Assembly: GCA_039630345.1 (NCBI GenBank)
Contig: JBCNVD010000025.1
Coordinates: forward strand, 1-33,015
DNA from: Aquificaceae bacterium
Lineage (GTDB): Bacteria > Aquificota > Aquificia > Aquificales > Aquificaceae
DNA length: 33,015 nucleotides
Direction: 5' to 3'
Position 1 is the first letter of the stretch. Each line of letters opens with the position of its first letter. The notes beneath the pieces were generated by a model. It made no database searches. It saw only the letters and a list, made by a program, of their open reading frames with translations, and was not told the DNA's origin. Both the position numbers and the translations under genes were made by a program. Shown piece by piece: positions 1 through 8,995 of this stretch.

Positions 1-1
1 T

Positions 2-664
2 AAAGGTTTAGGATATGACAAATCGAAAGGCGAGAGAGTATGCCCAACATGTGGGGGAACAGGACAGGTTGTTTACAGGCAGATGTTTTTAACAATGAGC
101 AAAACCTGTCCAACTTGCGGAGGAAGCGGCAGGCTAACAGAGCCATGTCCAAAGTGTGGTAGAAAAGGGACCACTTTAGCTTACGAAGAGGTAAAGGTAA
201 AAATCCCTCCCGGGGTGGATACCAACACGAGAATAATGGTTCAGGGTAAGGGAAACACTGGAAGATTTGGGGGAAAACCCGGGGATATGATACTTCACAT
301 AAAACTCAAAGAGCACCCAGTTTTTGAAAGGCGTGGAAATAACCTTTATGTTGATGTTAACTTAAAGATAACAGAAGCTGCACTTGGTGCTGAAATTGAA
401 GTGCCAACATTGGATTCAAGCTCTATCAGGGTAAAAATTCCGCCCGGGGTGCAGGAAGGGGATACCATAAGGTTAGAAGGTAACGGTATGCCAAAGCTCG
501 ATGGCACAGGCAGAGGTGATTTGATAGTTAGATTGCATATCTCAGTGCCAAAGTTTGGCTTTATGGAAAAAATATCCGGGGATGCAGGAAAGGCGAAAAA
601 GCTCTTGGAGGAGTTAAATGCGCTTTTGCCACAGCCTGAAAGAGTAAGGAGGCGAACAAAGTGA
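2..664 (+). CDS. dnaJ: Chaperone DnaJ, 5'-truncated (zinc-finger and C-terminal domains)
   Basis: Frame is open from position 2 (KGLGYDKSKGERVCPTCGGTGQ...) into the ORF at 83. CxxCxGxG repeats CPTCGGTG and CPTCGGSG plus variant CPKCGRKG; DnaJ C-terminal motifs VKIPPGV, EAALGAEIEVPTLD, GRGDLIV. Confidence 0.95.
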   Translation, partial: KGLGYDKSKGERVCPTCGGTGQVVYRQMFLTMSKTCPTCGGSGRLTEPCPKCGRKGTTLAYEEVKVKIPPGVDTNTRIMVQGKGNTGRFGGKPGDMILHIKLKEHPVFERRGNNLYVDVNLKITEAALGAEIEVPTLDSSSIRVKIPPGVQEGDTIRLEGNGMPKLDGTGRGDLIVRLHISVPKFGFMEKISGDAGKAKKLLEELNALLPQPERVRRRTK

Positions 665-1035
665 GACAGGAGCGCGTAAAACTCTATACAATCGGGATTG
701 TGGCCTCTATGTTTAATGTGCATCCTCAAACTCTGAGGCTATATGAGCGCGAAGGTCTTTTAAAGCCTACCCGCTCAAAGGGCAGAACAAGATACTACAC
801 AGAAGAAGACATTCAAAAACTTGAGTTTATACTTACTCTAAGCAGAGAGCTGGGAGTAAATTTAGCGGGAATAGATATAATCCTGCGCCTTAGAGAACAG
901 ATTGAGGATTTAGAAAAACAGATTCAAAAACTTATAGAATTTATACAGCAAGAGACCATTGAAAAAGAAGAGGAGATAAAGTCCATAGTCCTAAGAGAAA
1001 GAAAAGACGCCCTGAAAGCGATTATAAAACGCTGA
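661..1035 (+). CDS. hspR: MerR-family regulator, HspR-like heat-shock repressor
   Basis: YTIGIVASMFNVHPQTLRLYEREGLLKPTRSKGRTRYY and LGVNLAGIDIIL motifs are typical of HspR; GTGA overlap with the dnaJ stop. Confidence 0.85.
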   Translation: MRQERVKLYTIGIVASMFNVHPQTLRLYEREGLLKPTRSKGRTRYYTEEDIQKLEFILTLSRELGVNLAGIDIILRLREQIEDLEKQIQKLIEFIQQETIEKEEEIKSIVLRERKDALKAIIKR

Positions 1036-3108
1036 CTATTTGTGTTCGAGAGTGAATATTCCCTCCCAGTTTGCAGGCGGATATTCAATAAGTTTTTTAC
1101 ATCTATCTTGAAATATTCTTGAAAGTTTGTCATTAGGGTATATTTCCAGCGCTTTTGAATAGAGCTCAAGCGCTTTTAAAAAATTTGCACTTAGATACTC
1201 TTTGAAAGCCTTGTGGGTAAGTTCTGCAAGATTAATGTATTGATCATCTAAAGGTTCATATATCATCACGGGTTTTTGTCTACCCTTGACGCGTATCAGG
1301 TCTATAGGTCTTACCAGAAAGGAGTTATTAAGCCTTTGGAAAGTGCTCTCAGAAATGGCTATTCCTACTCCATAAAAACGAGTTACAGATTCAAGTCTTG
1401 CCGTTAGATTAACGCCGTCTCCTATAGCAGTGTAATCTAGTCTAGTTTTTGAACCTATGTTTCCAAGGATTACTCTATCCGTATGAATACCTATCCCGTT
1501 TGAAAGCTGGGGTAAGTTTAAACCTTTCAAAGTTTCATTCACCAAAGAAAGAGCTTTTTTCATCTCTAGAGCGGCTCTTACTGCCCTTTCGGGATGGTCT
1601 TTTAGCTCTATAGGTGCACCAAAGAAGGCGAAAATACCATCTCCTATAAACTTATCTATGGTAGCTCCGTTTTTAAAAAGGACATCTACCATCTTGTCAA
1701 AGTATATATTTAGCATTTCTACAGCTTTTTCTGGTTCAATATCCTCCATTATGGTAGTGAAGTTCATAATATCAGACATGAGAAGCGTTAATTCAACCCT
1801 CTGAGTTTTTATACCAACCAGCTTATCCGGATTTTCCAGAATCTGAGAAAGAGTTGCTTTTGAAACGTATCGCTCAAAGCTTTTCTTGAGCTGAGTTTTT
1901 TCACGCTCTTTTTGAGTGATAGAAATCCAAAGCGCTGTTAAAAAAGTGCCAAAGCCGGAAATAGCAAAGTAGGTTATATTAAAAACTACATTAAAATAGT
2001 AAAAAGCAAACAAAAAAGAAAGGGTAAAAAGCACAAAAAACAGGGAATAAAACAGAGAAAATCTGGATATGATTAGGCATATTAGGGAAAACAAAAACGC
2101 ATCTACCCATAGAATTGGAACTAACTTAAGAAAATCCTCTTTAATTAAATTTGCCAATATATTAGCGTGAAGAAAAACCCCGGGTAAAGAGTTGCTAAGC
2201 GGGCTAATTTTCAGGTCTCCAAGCCCTGAGGCACTTGCGCCTACAAAGACTATTTTGTTATTAAACTCCTTTGGATCTACCAGAATTTTCTCTAAATCGC
2301 CTTGCTGAAGTCCATGTATAGTAGAAAGAATTGCACTCATAGAGACTGAGTTGAATTTTGGGTAAGGCTTTATCAGATATCTACCATTTTCAAGAGGTAC
2401 CTCAACTCTAGCGGAAGCTTTATATACCAAAAGCTGATCTTTACTTAACTTTATATGACTGACATCACTGGTTTTTAAATAAGCAGAGAGAGCAAGCCCC
2501 GGAAAGTAATATTTGTCATAGGTCCAGATAAGATAATTACGCCTATAAACCCCATCAGGGTCCCTGGTAAATGAGACTGAACCAAGAGCCCAGGCGTTTT
2601 CATAAACGGGTTTTAGAGGAATTATGTAGTCGTTATTTTTGCGCAGAAAACTATTGCCTGATACCTCTATGCTTTTAATGGCATGTAAAGAAGCTAAGCC
2701 TTCAGGAAGCGGTCTTAGACCTAAACCCCCAGAGGGGAAAAACTGAACCGGGAATATCACACGCGAGTTTCTCCTGATTGAATCTGGAAGAGAAGGGCTT
2801 TGCTCCTTAGTTTCGCTAAAGTGAATGTCATAAACGAGAGCTTTTACATTTGAAATGGTAAAAAAATCCGTAATAAGAGCATAAAGTTCCCAGCTCCACG
2901 GCCAGCTAATTCCTGTAGCTTTATAAACTTCACGAAGACTCTGTTCATCTATCAAAACCACCACAATCTCTTCAGGTGGTAATAAAGAACCTGAAAATAC
3001 TCTTGCACGAAGGTCGAAAAGTATCAGCTCCAGCCTGGTAAAAACAGGAGTTTGACTCATAAAAACCGCACTGAGAGATACAATAAGTGCAATTAAAAGC
3101 CTTGACAT
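1036..3108 (-). CDS. Membrane CHASE2-domain class III adenylate cyclase with C-terminal TPR-like tail
   Basis: N-terminal TM; CHASE2 motifs (IVVVLIDEQSL, WPWS, YDIHF, DPDGVYRR, KIVFVGASA, PGVFLHANILANL); three TM helices; cyclase core MSDIMNFT, IDKFIGDG, DYTAIGDGVNLTARLES, RVKGR. Confidence 0.92.
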   Translation of the reverse strand: MSRLLIALIVSLSAVFMSQTPVFTRLELILFDLRARVFSGSLLPPEEIVVVLIDEQSLREVYKATGISWPWSWELYALITDFFTISNVKALVYDIHFSETKEQSPSLPDSIRRNSRVIFPVQFFPSGGLGLRPLPEGLASLHAIKSIEVSGNSFLRKNNDYIIPLKPVYENAWALGSVSFTRDPDGVYRRNYLIWTYDKYYFPGLALSAYLKTSDVSHIKLSKDQLLVYKASARVEVPLENGRYLIKPYPKFNSVSMSAILSTIHGLQQGDLEKILVDPKEFNNKIVFVGASASGLGDLKISPLSNSLPGVFLHANILANLIKEDFLKLVPILWVDAFLFSLICLIISRFSLFYSLFFVLFTLSFLFAFYYFNVVFNITYFAISGFGTFLTALWISITQKEREKTQLKKSFERYVSKATLSQILENPDKLVGIKTQRVELTLLMSDIMNFTTIMEDIEPEKAVEMLNIYFDKMVDVLFKNGATIDKFIGDGIFAFFGAPIELKDHPERAVRAALEMKKALSLVNETLKGLNLPQLSNGIGIHTDRVILGNIGSKTRLDYTAIGDGVNLTARLESVTRFYGVGIAISESTFQRLNNSFLVRPIDLIRVKGRQKPVMIYEPLDDQYINLAELTHKAFKEYLSANFLKALELYSKALEIYPNDKLSRIFQDRCKKLIEYPPANWEGIFTLEHK

Positions 3109-3124
3109 ATACTAAACTATTATT
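3109..3124. promoter_or_regulatory. 16-bp divergent intergenic region with candidate overlapping -10 elements
   Basis: TAAACT at 3113-3118, 6 nt before ATG 3125; TAGTTT on the minus strand 5 nt before ATG 3108; no SD for either gene. Confidence 0.4.
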
Positions 3125-3586
3125 ATGAAGTGGATAGTAATCATTTTGACAATAAAGTTAGGGCTTGCAAGTAGCAGCTTTTTTGTAACCAGCATTAGAG
3201 CTCAGCTTTTTGAAGAGCCAAGGCTTGGTGCAAGAGTTGTTGGGGAGCTAAGAAAAGGTGAAGAGGTAAGACTGATAGATAAACGCTCAGGATGGGCGCT
3301 TGTTGAAAGACAGGGTCAGAGAGGATGGGTTTTTGAATACTTTATATCTTCTAGCCCAAGCCCTGAGAGGATTTCGCTCCCTAAAATAGCAGGCAGGAGA
3401 GAAGCGCACTCAGGAGACGACGCAGCAGTTACAAGGGGCGTAACCGGGGAAAAATCCGGAAAAGTTAGCTCGGTGCAAGTAACAAGAAAACCCGCAGAGC
3501 CCTCAGAGGTATTTGTACTTTGGCTCGATAAATTTCTGGTAAAGGAAGAAGAGATTCTCAGGTTTGAAAGAGGCGAATGGCCTTGA
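3125..3586 (+). CDS. Secreted bacterial SH3 (SH3b/SH3_3) domain protein
   Basis: N-terminal signal-like stretch; AQLFEEPRLGARVVGELRKGEEVRLIDKRSGWALVERQGQRGWV is a classic SH3b pattern; flexible C-terminal region. Confidence 0.8.
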   Translation: MKWIVIILTIKLGLASSSFFVTSIRAQLFEEPRLGARVVGELRKGEEVRLIDKRSGWALVERQGQRGWVFEYFISSSPSPERISLPKIAGRREAHSGDDAAVTRGVTGEKSGKVSSVQVTRKPAEPSEVFVLWLDKFLVKEEEILRFERGEWP

Positions 3587-4260
3587 AGCTTTTTGCAACA
3601 GTTTTAATTTTCTTTGCCCTCGCACTTGCAGAAGACTTAAAGGGCAGAATCTCTTTCGAGACAGCGAAAACAATACTAAGTTCAAAAACCATAGTTAAAG
3701 ACACAGAAATAACAAGGTATGTAAACCTGGTTGGTAGCACGCTGGTTAAATATTCAAGTGCACCGGAGTTGCAAGTGAGATTTGGCGTCATTAAAGATAA
3801 AACCCCTATAAGTATTTCTGCCCCATGGCTTTATGTGTTTATTTCGCAAGAAGCTATTAAACAGGCTCAAAACGAAGCAGAGCTAGCGGGAATCATTGCA
3901 CACGAGCTTGCTCATATTATCCTCAATCATCACTCGATTGTAGCTTTTGGAAAGACCTCTCCAGATGGTAATATTCCGGTTGAGGAAGCTGCAAGAAGAC
4001 TTGCAAAAGTCTCGCTTGAAGAGAGTTTTAGCATAGAGCAGGAAATAGAAGCAGATAGATTAGCTATGTATATCCTCTTTCAGGCAGGTTATGACCCGCT
4101 TGCACTTCTTAGGTTTTTGAAAAGAGAGGGGGGTAGTTCTGAGATAATAAGACAGAGAATAAATGCGATGGAGAATATACTCCAGCAAGGTGGCATAAGG
4201 GGTGAGTTTAAGTTAAATACCAATAGGTTTTTAAGAGCTACAAGAGCGATAAGACAATGA
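3577..4260 (+). CDS. M48-family zinc metalloprotease, exported
   Basis: Signal peptide; NEAELAGIIAHELAH (HExxH); SIEQEIEADRLA (third ligand E); AGYDPLALLRFL. Confidence 0.88.
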   Translation: MALKLFATVLIFFALALAEDLKGRISFETAKTILSSKTIVKDTEITRYVNLVGSTLVKYSSAPELQVRFGVIKDKTPISISAPWLYVFISQEAIKQAQNEAELAGIIAHELAHIILNHHSIVAFGKTSPDGNIPVEEAARRLAKVSLEESFSIEQEIEADRLAMYILFQAGYDPLALLRFLKREGGSSEIIRQRINAMENILQQGGIRGEFKLNTNRFLRATRAIRQ

Positions 4261-4742
4261 ACATACGCGAGGCAGACCTACCCGGCATTGGCAAAAAGTT
4301 CTCGCTGGAACTGCGCTGTGGACTTGAACTTGTGCTTGTAATTTATAACTCAGGCAGAAGAGAGCTCTTTATTCAACAAGATGGAGAAAACCTCATTAAC
4401 ATAGAACTTACAGAGGAAGAGTCGAAAAACCTCGGGTTTATTCTAGCAGGGGCGCTTTACCAGCCAATAAAACAAGACAGAATGGAGCTTATACTGAAAC
4501 AGGTTGTAATAGAATGGATAAAAATAGAAAAGGGCTCTCATTTTTGCAACAAAACTATTGCAGAGCTTGAAATAAGGAGAAAAACAGGAGCTTCCATAAT
4601 AGTTATAGACAGGAATGGAGAGATGATTCCAAGTCCTGACCCATACAAGCAGGTTATATTAGAGGGGGACACACTAATAGTTGTAGGGACAAGAAACCAA
4701 ATTCAAGAGCTCTTAAAACTCTGTGGCAGGTGCAGCACATAA
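4257..4742 (+). CDS. khtT: Cation:proton antiporter regulatory subunit (KhtT-like, RCK_C/TrkA-C)
   Basis: IREADLPGIGKKFSL, GRREL, KTIAELEIRRKTGASIIVIDR, PSPDP, GDTLIVVGT motifs of the KhtT/YhaT family; lies upstream of a CPA2 antiporter. Confidence 0.88.
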   Translation: MNIREADLPGIGKKFSLELRCGLELVLVIYNSGRRELFIQQDGENLINIELTEEESKNLGFILAGALYQPIKQDRMELILKQVVIEWIKIEKGSHFCNKTIAELEIRRKTGASIIVIDRNGEMIPSPDPYKQVILEGDTLIVVGTRNQIQELLKLCGRCST

Positions 4743-5912
4743 ATGCATGCACACGCAGAGCTTATATCAGCAGGTGGGATATTCCTGCTTCTTTTTATAA
4801 GTGCGTTTTTACTTGGTCGAATCGGCATCCCTAACATCATAGCTTTTATGTTTGCAGGTCTTTTGAGCAGTCAATTTATGCCAGAAGATATAGGAGATTC
4901 TCTTAAAGTTTTTGAAATATCAGCTGTTATATTGCTTTTTTTCTTCATAGGGCTTGAATTTTCATTTGAAAAACTATCTAGGCTAACTCAAACTATTAAA
5001 CCTGGACTTCTAGACTTTTTTTTGAATTTTCCTCCCATATTTGGACTATCATACATTATGACAAAAGATTTAATAATCTCGCTAGTTTTGGCGTGCGCCG
5101 CTTATCCTACCAGCACCGCGATTACATCTAAACTGCTAATTGATTACAAGCGAATAGCGAGCAAAGAAGCAGAAGTAATAATAGGAATTTTGATATTTGA
5201 AGATTTAATTAGCATACTTCTTATGTCAACATTAACTGGCATAGTTATGCACAGGGAGATAAAAGAAGAGGGGATATTTAGAGGGATACTTTCGACCATT
5301 TTGGTTTTTTTAATTTTTTATCTTCTAAAAAAACCTGTTGAAAACTCGCTGGAGAGATTGGAAAAGGACATTGAGAACAGCCTGGTTCCTTTTATGGTAC
5401 TTGGATTTTTATTAGTCAGTGCGGGTGCTGGACTGAAGCTGGGTCTTTCTGATGCTTTGATTTCTTTTATGCTTGGGGTTTTGGTCCCAGAAAAGAGCTG
5501 GCTTTACCAGAGTATAGAGCGCTCCTTATCTGATTTGAAAGACCTCTCAACTGGAGTATTTTTCTTTATGTTTACCTTTAACGCCCAGATAGGACAGAGT
5601 TTTGATATAGCCATCTTTTTAGTGATTACTTTAGCATCTTTGATATTAAAAGCTATCTCTTCTTTTCTGGGGGGAATTAGCATAGGTCTAGGCAAGCGAG
5701 TCTCTGCCAGAATAGGTCTTAGTATGATGCAGAGAGGTGAGTTTTCCGTGCTATTTGCAAGCCTATATGAGCCTTCTCAGGAGCTTGTTTTTATGCTTGT
5801 TTTAATAACCGCGATAGTTGGAAGTGTATGCTTTGTCTATGCCCCAAAACTCATCGACCGTATTCTTCCTTCGCGATTTCGCGGAAAGCCACCTCCAACT
5901 CGGACAGCTTAG
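4743..5912 (+). CDS. khtU: CPA2-family cation (K+)/H+ antiporter, KhtU-like
   Basis: About 12 TM helices; LLFFFIGLEFS, TSTAIT, ILIFEDL, QRGEFS motifs; no fused RCK domain; follows khtT. Confidence 0.88.
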   Translation: MHAHAELISAGGIFLLLFISAFLLGRIGIPNIIAFMFAGLLSSQFMPEDIGDSLKVFEISAVILLFFFIGLEFSFEKLSRLTQTIKPGLLDFFLNFPPIFGLSYIMTKDLIISLVLACAAYPTSTAITSKLLIDYKRIASKEAEVIIGILIFEDLISILLMSTLTGIVMHREIKEEGIFRGILSTILVFLIFYLLKKPVENSLERLEKDIENSLVPFMVLGFLLVSAGAGLKLGLSDALISFMLGVLVPEKSWLYQSIERSLSDLKDLSTGVFFFMFTFNAQIGQSFDIAIFLVITLASLILKAISSFLGGISIGLGKRVSARIGLSMMQRGEFSVLFASLYEPSQELVFMLVLITAIVGSVCFVYAPKLIDRILPSRFRGKPPPTRTA

Positions 5913-6507
5913 ACTCAATAGAGTCGCTTTCGGACACAAAAATTGGCTTTGCAAATATCACTTTTAGAGTGCTAAAAGGCAAAGGTATCAAATGCCTGTC
6001 CCAGCTTTTTAGTCTTATTGCCTTTTGGCAGCTTATATAAACGGGCAAAACAGGGACTGCCGCCTTTTTTGCAAGTAATATAACACCCGGTTTTATAACC
6101 CCCTTGGGACCTTTTGGACCATCAACTGCAACAACAACGCTATGACCGTCTTTACACACTTTAATAAGTTTTAAAAGCGCTACGCTGCCACCCTTTTCTG
6201 GCCTGCCTTCTTCAGATGAGCCTCTCACAGTTATGTGACCAAGACCAGACAAAAGCTCGGAAGCAAATTCCCCATCCCGAAAGCGACTCACCAGAACAAA
6301 AAAACCCCTATCTATGCTAACAAGACCTGCACATAGGCTATTACCATGAAGGATAGCTATTATGTGACCTTTTAAGTTTTCAAAGTCTATCCTCTTTTCG
6401 AGCCTCATGGTTTTTGCCCAAAGGCGCAAAACCCAGACAATAAAAGGCACAATCAGACGCTTTCTTATTGCCCTGAAAATACCTTCTCGATATTTTCCTG
6501 AACCCAT
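5851..6507 (-). CDS. DUF374 / lysophospholipid acyltransferase-family protein (start uncertain)
   Basis: ILHG, LVSRFRDGE, VRGSS, VAVDGPKGP, KPGVILLA, SWDRHLIPLPFS motifs. Confidence 0.85.
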   Translation of the reverse strand: MGSGKYREGIFRAIRKRLIVPFIVWVLRLWAKTMRLEKRIDFENLKGHIIAILHGNSLCAGLVSIDRGFFVLVSRFRDGEFASELLSGLGHITVRGSSEEGRPEKGGSVALLKLIKVCKDGHSVVVAVDGPKGPKGVIKPGVILLAKKAAVPVLPVYISCQKAIRLKSWDRHLIPLPFSTLKVIFAKPIFVSESDSIESKLSELEVAFREIAKEEYGR

Positions 6508-7760
6508 CTTTCGCTAAGCCAGAAGGAGGGATTGACCTCATAACCATGGACCAAAATTCCAAAATGAAGATGGTCTCCAAAAGCAAGACCGGTTGTGCCG
6601 GTTTTTCCGATAAATTGTCCTTTGGCAACATTTTGACCTTCCTTGACCACTATCTCAGAAAGATGCGAATAAATACTCATTAGTCCAAGACCGTGGTCTA
6701 TAACTACGGTGTTTCCGTAGATGCCAAGAAACCTTGCAAAAACCACCACGCCGGAGTTTCCTGCCCTTACAGGTGCATTTGCAAACGAGGCAAAATCTAT
6801 CCCCATATGCCTGCTTTCTGAAATCTTTTTACCATTCAGGATGTAGTATCTTAAATCCCCATAGCTGGAAACTACTTGAGCGCGCTCAGGCATCAAAAAT
6901 GCACCCTGCCAGAGCTTTTTGGGCAAGGACTTTGAAGAGAGCTCTTCAAGCTCTGAGAAGCTTTCTCGGCGAAGGCGCTCATTTACCTGAATAAAAACCT
7001 CCTCAGGGCTCATGGTATTTGCGCCTTCAATCAGAGAAACACCTACCCGTCTTATGGTAGTTTCATTTAGCTCTATGTTTTCCTGACGAAAGCGCATAGA
7101 CCTTGGGCGCATCCAAATTTCCAATTTGGATATGTTTCCTGCAGGGTCTTTGGCAAGTATGGTGCAATAAAAATGCAGCGGAGAATCAAGACCAACAGGA
7201 AACAGCCCAAAAAACTCATCTTTTGAGATTTTAGTCAGCTGGATTTTGCGGCCTGGACAATCCAGGCTCAACGTAGCATCCTCTTCAGAGCGAACCTTTA
7301 CAGCACCGGAAGAGCCAACTAACAGCCCGGAACTTACTCTTGCCGCACTTAGAGCCGGAGGGGTTAGGTCAATGTAGGTTTTAAGCCTGTAAGTTCTCCA
7401 GAAAAATCCAGAGCGCACTTTTAAAGTTAGATTCTTTTCCCCCTCCTTAATGCCAAGAGCTGACGGCTTTAGCTCAAATTTAATAGTGCTATCAGGCTTA
7501 TCCAGTTTGATAGATACAGCCTTGGTGTCATCTATGAACAGTTTTAATTCTTTAACAGGTTTGTTGGCTTTTATATAAAAAGTCTTTCTAATTGGAATCC
7601 TTGAGAGTGCTTTTAAGTCATTCTGGTCTATCTTGGGTCGCCTGATTCTATCAATAACTAAAAACCCAAGCAAGATCAATAAAGAGATGAGAATTAGCCT
7701 TCTTATTAGCTTTCTTGGTCTATTTGGCGGTTTTGCGCTCTCGATGCTTATGCCTCTCAT
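6465..7760 (-). CDS. M23-family peptidoglycan endopeptidase, N-terminally anchored
   Basis: N-terminal TM; HMGID (HxxxD), YGNTVVIDHG, YSHLS, GKTGTTG, GDHLHF (HxH). Confidence 0.93.
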   Translation of the reverse strand: MRGISIESAKPPNRPRKLIRRLILISLLILLGFLVIDRIRRPKIDQNDLKALSRIPIRKTFYIKANKPVKELKLFIDDTKAVSIKLDKPDSTIKFELKPSALGIKEGEKNLTLKVRSGFFWRTYRLKTYIDLTPPALSAARVSSGLLVGSSGAVKVRSEEDATLSLDCPGRKIQLTKISKDEFFGLFPVGLDSPLHFYCTILAKDPAGNISKLEIWMRPRSMRFRQENIELNETTIRRVGVSLIEGANTMSPEEVFIQVNERLRRESFSELEELSSKSLPKKLWQGAFLMPERAQVVSSYGDLRYYILNGKKISESRHMGIDFASFANAPVRAGNSGVVVFARFLGIYGNTVVIDHGLGLMSIYSHLSEIVVKEGQNVAKGQFIGKTGTTGLAFGDHLHFGILVHGYEVNPSFWLSERWVQENIEKVFSGQ

Positions 7761-8491
7761 TTCTTCAGGATAACACCAAACCAGCCATTTCTTGATAGCT
7801 TTGACTCAACCCTTAAAAATCCCGCGAGCTTTAAAAATGCCTTTAGCTCATCTTTTTTGTAAAGACCTGCAAAAATACCAACTGAGGAAAAGAGCTCCAG
7901 CAAGGTATTTAACTCTTTCTCAAAGATTGAGAGCTCTAAATTTGCAACTAGAAGATCAAACCTCTCTTTGATTTCTCCGGGTCTTGCTACAATACAATCG
8001 ACTTTAACTCTATTAAGGGCTGCGTTTTTTCTGCATTCTTTGATGGCGCATTCATCTATATCTATACCAACCACTTTTGAAGCACCAAGAAGCTTTGCGC
8101 TTATGGCAAGAATGCCACTGCCTGTTCCAACATCCAGAACTTTCATCCCTTTTTTGAGGGCCCTTTTTAAGAGCATTAAAGAGACCTGAGTTGATTCGTG
8201 AAGACCTGTGCCAAAAGCGCAGGAGCGCCTCACTCTCAAGGGGATAGAGTCCGCAGGTAAAATGATGAAGTTTTCAAATTTTATGATGCTTTTTGAAGGC
8301 GCATAATTTAGCTCAACTTCCAAAGCAGCAAGAGGTTCAAGCTCAGGCAGTTCTTCGTAGCTTGCAAACTCTATAAAGTTTTCTCCAGTGCTTAAAATTT
8401 CAAGCGGGATTTTGTAATTTGCCAGATAATCATAAAACTCTTCCGGGGATAGCCTGTAAATTCTTTTAGTCAGTTTTTTCATAAAATTCAA
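7757..8491 (-). CDS. prmA: Ribosomal protein L11 methyltransferase
   Basis: AFGTGLHEST, VLDVGTGSGILAI, GIDID, DLLVANL motifs. Confidence 0.9.
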   Translation of the reverse strand: MNFMKKLTKRIYRLSPEEFYDYLANYKIPLEILSTGENFIEFASYEELPELEPLAALEVELNYAPSKSIIKFENFIILPADSIPLRVRRSCAFGTGLHESTQVSLMLLKRALKKGMKVLDVGTGSGILAISAKLLGASKVVGIDIDECAIKECRKNAALNRVKVDCIVARPGEIKERFDLLVANLELSIFEKELNTLLELFSSVGIFAGLYKKDELKAFLKLAGFLRVESKLSRNGWFGVILKK

Positions 8492-8948
8492 GAAGTTGTT
8501 TGAGCGAAAATCCCTCAGTTGGCAAGGGGGTTTCGCAACACTCTATGGAGCATATACGCCTATTTGGTATAGAGAGAATAATTTGCTCTCTTACAAGATT
8601 AAGAAGGTCGAAGTTCTCTTCGTCTTCTATAAAGCTTACGCAAAGGTCTTCGGAACTGAGGTTTTCGCGATATGTTTTTGGATAAGGCTTTAAATCAAGC
8701 GTTTCTTTTAAATTCAGCTCTTTGGCAAAAATCTTTAAGCACCTGCTACACTCAAGTAAAACCTTTCCCTTTAGTAAGATAGTCGCCTGATAAAAAGGAC
8801 CCTTCTTGGAGATACTTATCCTGACTGTGAATTCTTCGCCTGCGTCCATTATATCTTTAGGAAGGTCAAGCTCATCGTGCCTTAGTTTCAGGTTCACATT
8901 CAGGGTTTTTGACTTTTCAAAGGCTTTTTTGAGATTTACGCTCCTCAT
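8466..8948 (-). CDS. yceD: YceD/DUF177 family protein (likely start MRSVNL at 8948 rather than 9035)
   Basis: LECSRCL, DLLNLVREQIILSIP and C-terminal Cys cluster; the longer ORF call would overlap the divergent yvcK start. Confidence 0.85.
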   Translation of the reverse strand: MRSVNLKKAFEKSKTLNVNLKLRHDELDLPKDIMDAGEEFTVRISISKKGPFYQATILLKGKVLLECSRCLKIFAKELNLKETLDLKPYPKTYRENLSSEDLCVSFIEDEENFDLLNLVREQIILSIPNRRICSIECCETPLPTEGFSLKQLLEFYEKTD

Positions 8949-8995
8949 TCTGAAAATGATATACCTTCTGTTAAAATTAGCCTGCGGGTATTGAG

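Noticed and set aside
820..842. HAIR-like inverted repeat CTTGAGT-ttatactt-ACTCTAAG inside hspR
   Set aside because: Spacer is 8 rather than 7 nt, the right arm is imperfect, and it lies mid-CDS in a conserved coding region; chance is likely.
1960..2100. Very A-rich, low-complexity tract
   Set aside because: Explained by Phe/Leu-rich transmembrane helices of the cyclase on the minus strand; the frame is intact.
3102..3107. Perfect TTGACA near the SH3 gene start
   Set aside because: No -10 hexamer at about 17-bp spacing (that position is the ATG itself), and the sequence is the reverse complement of the cyclase start codons.
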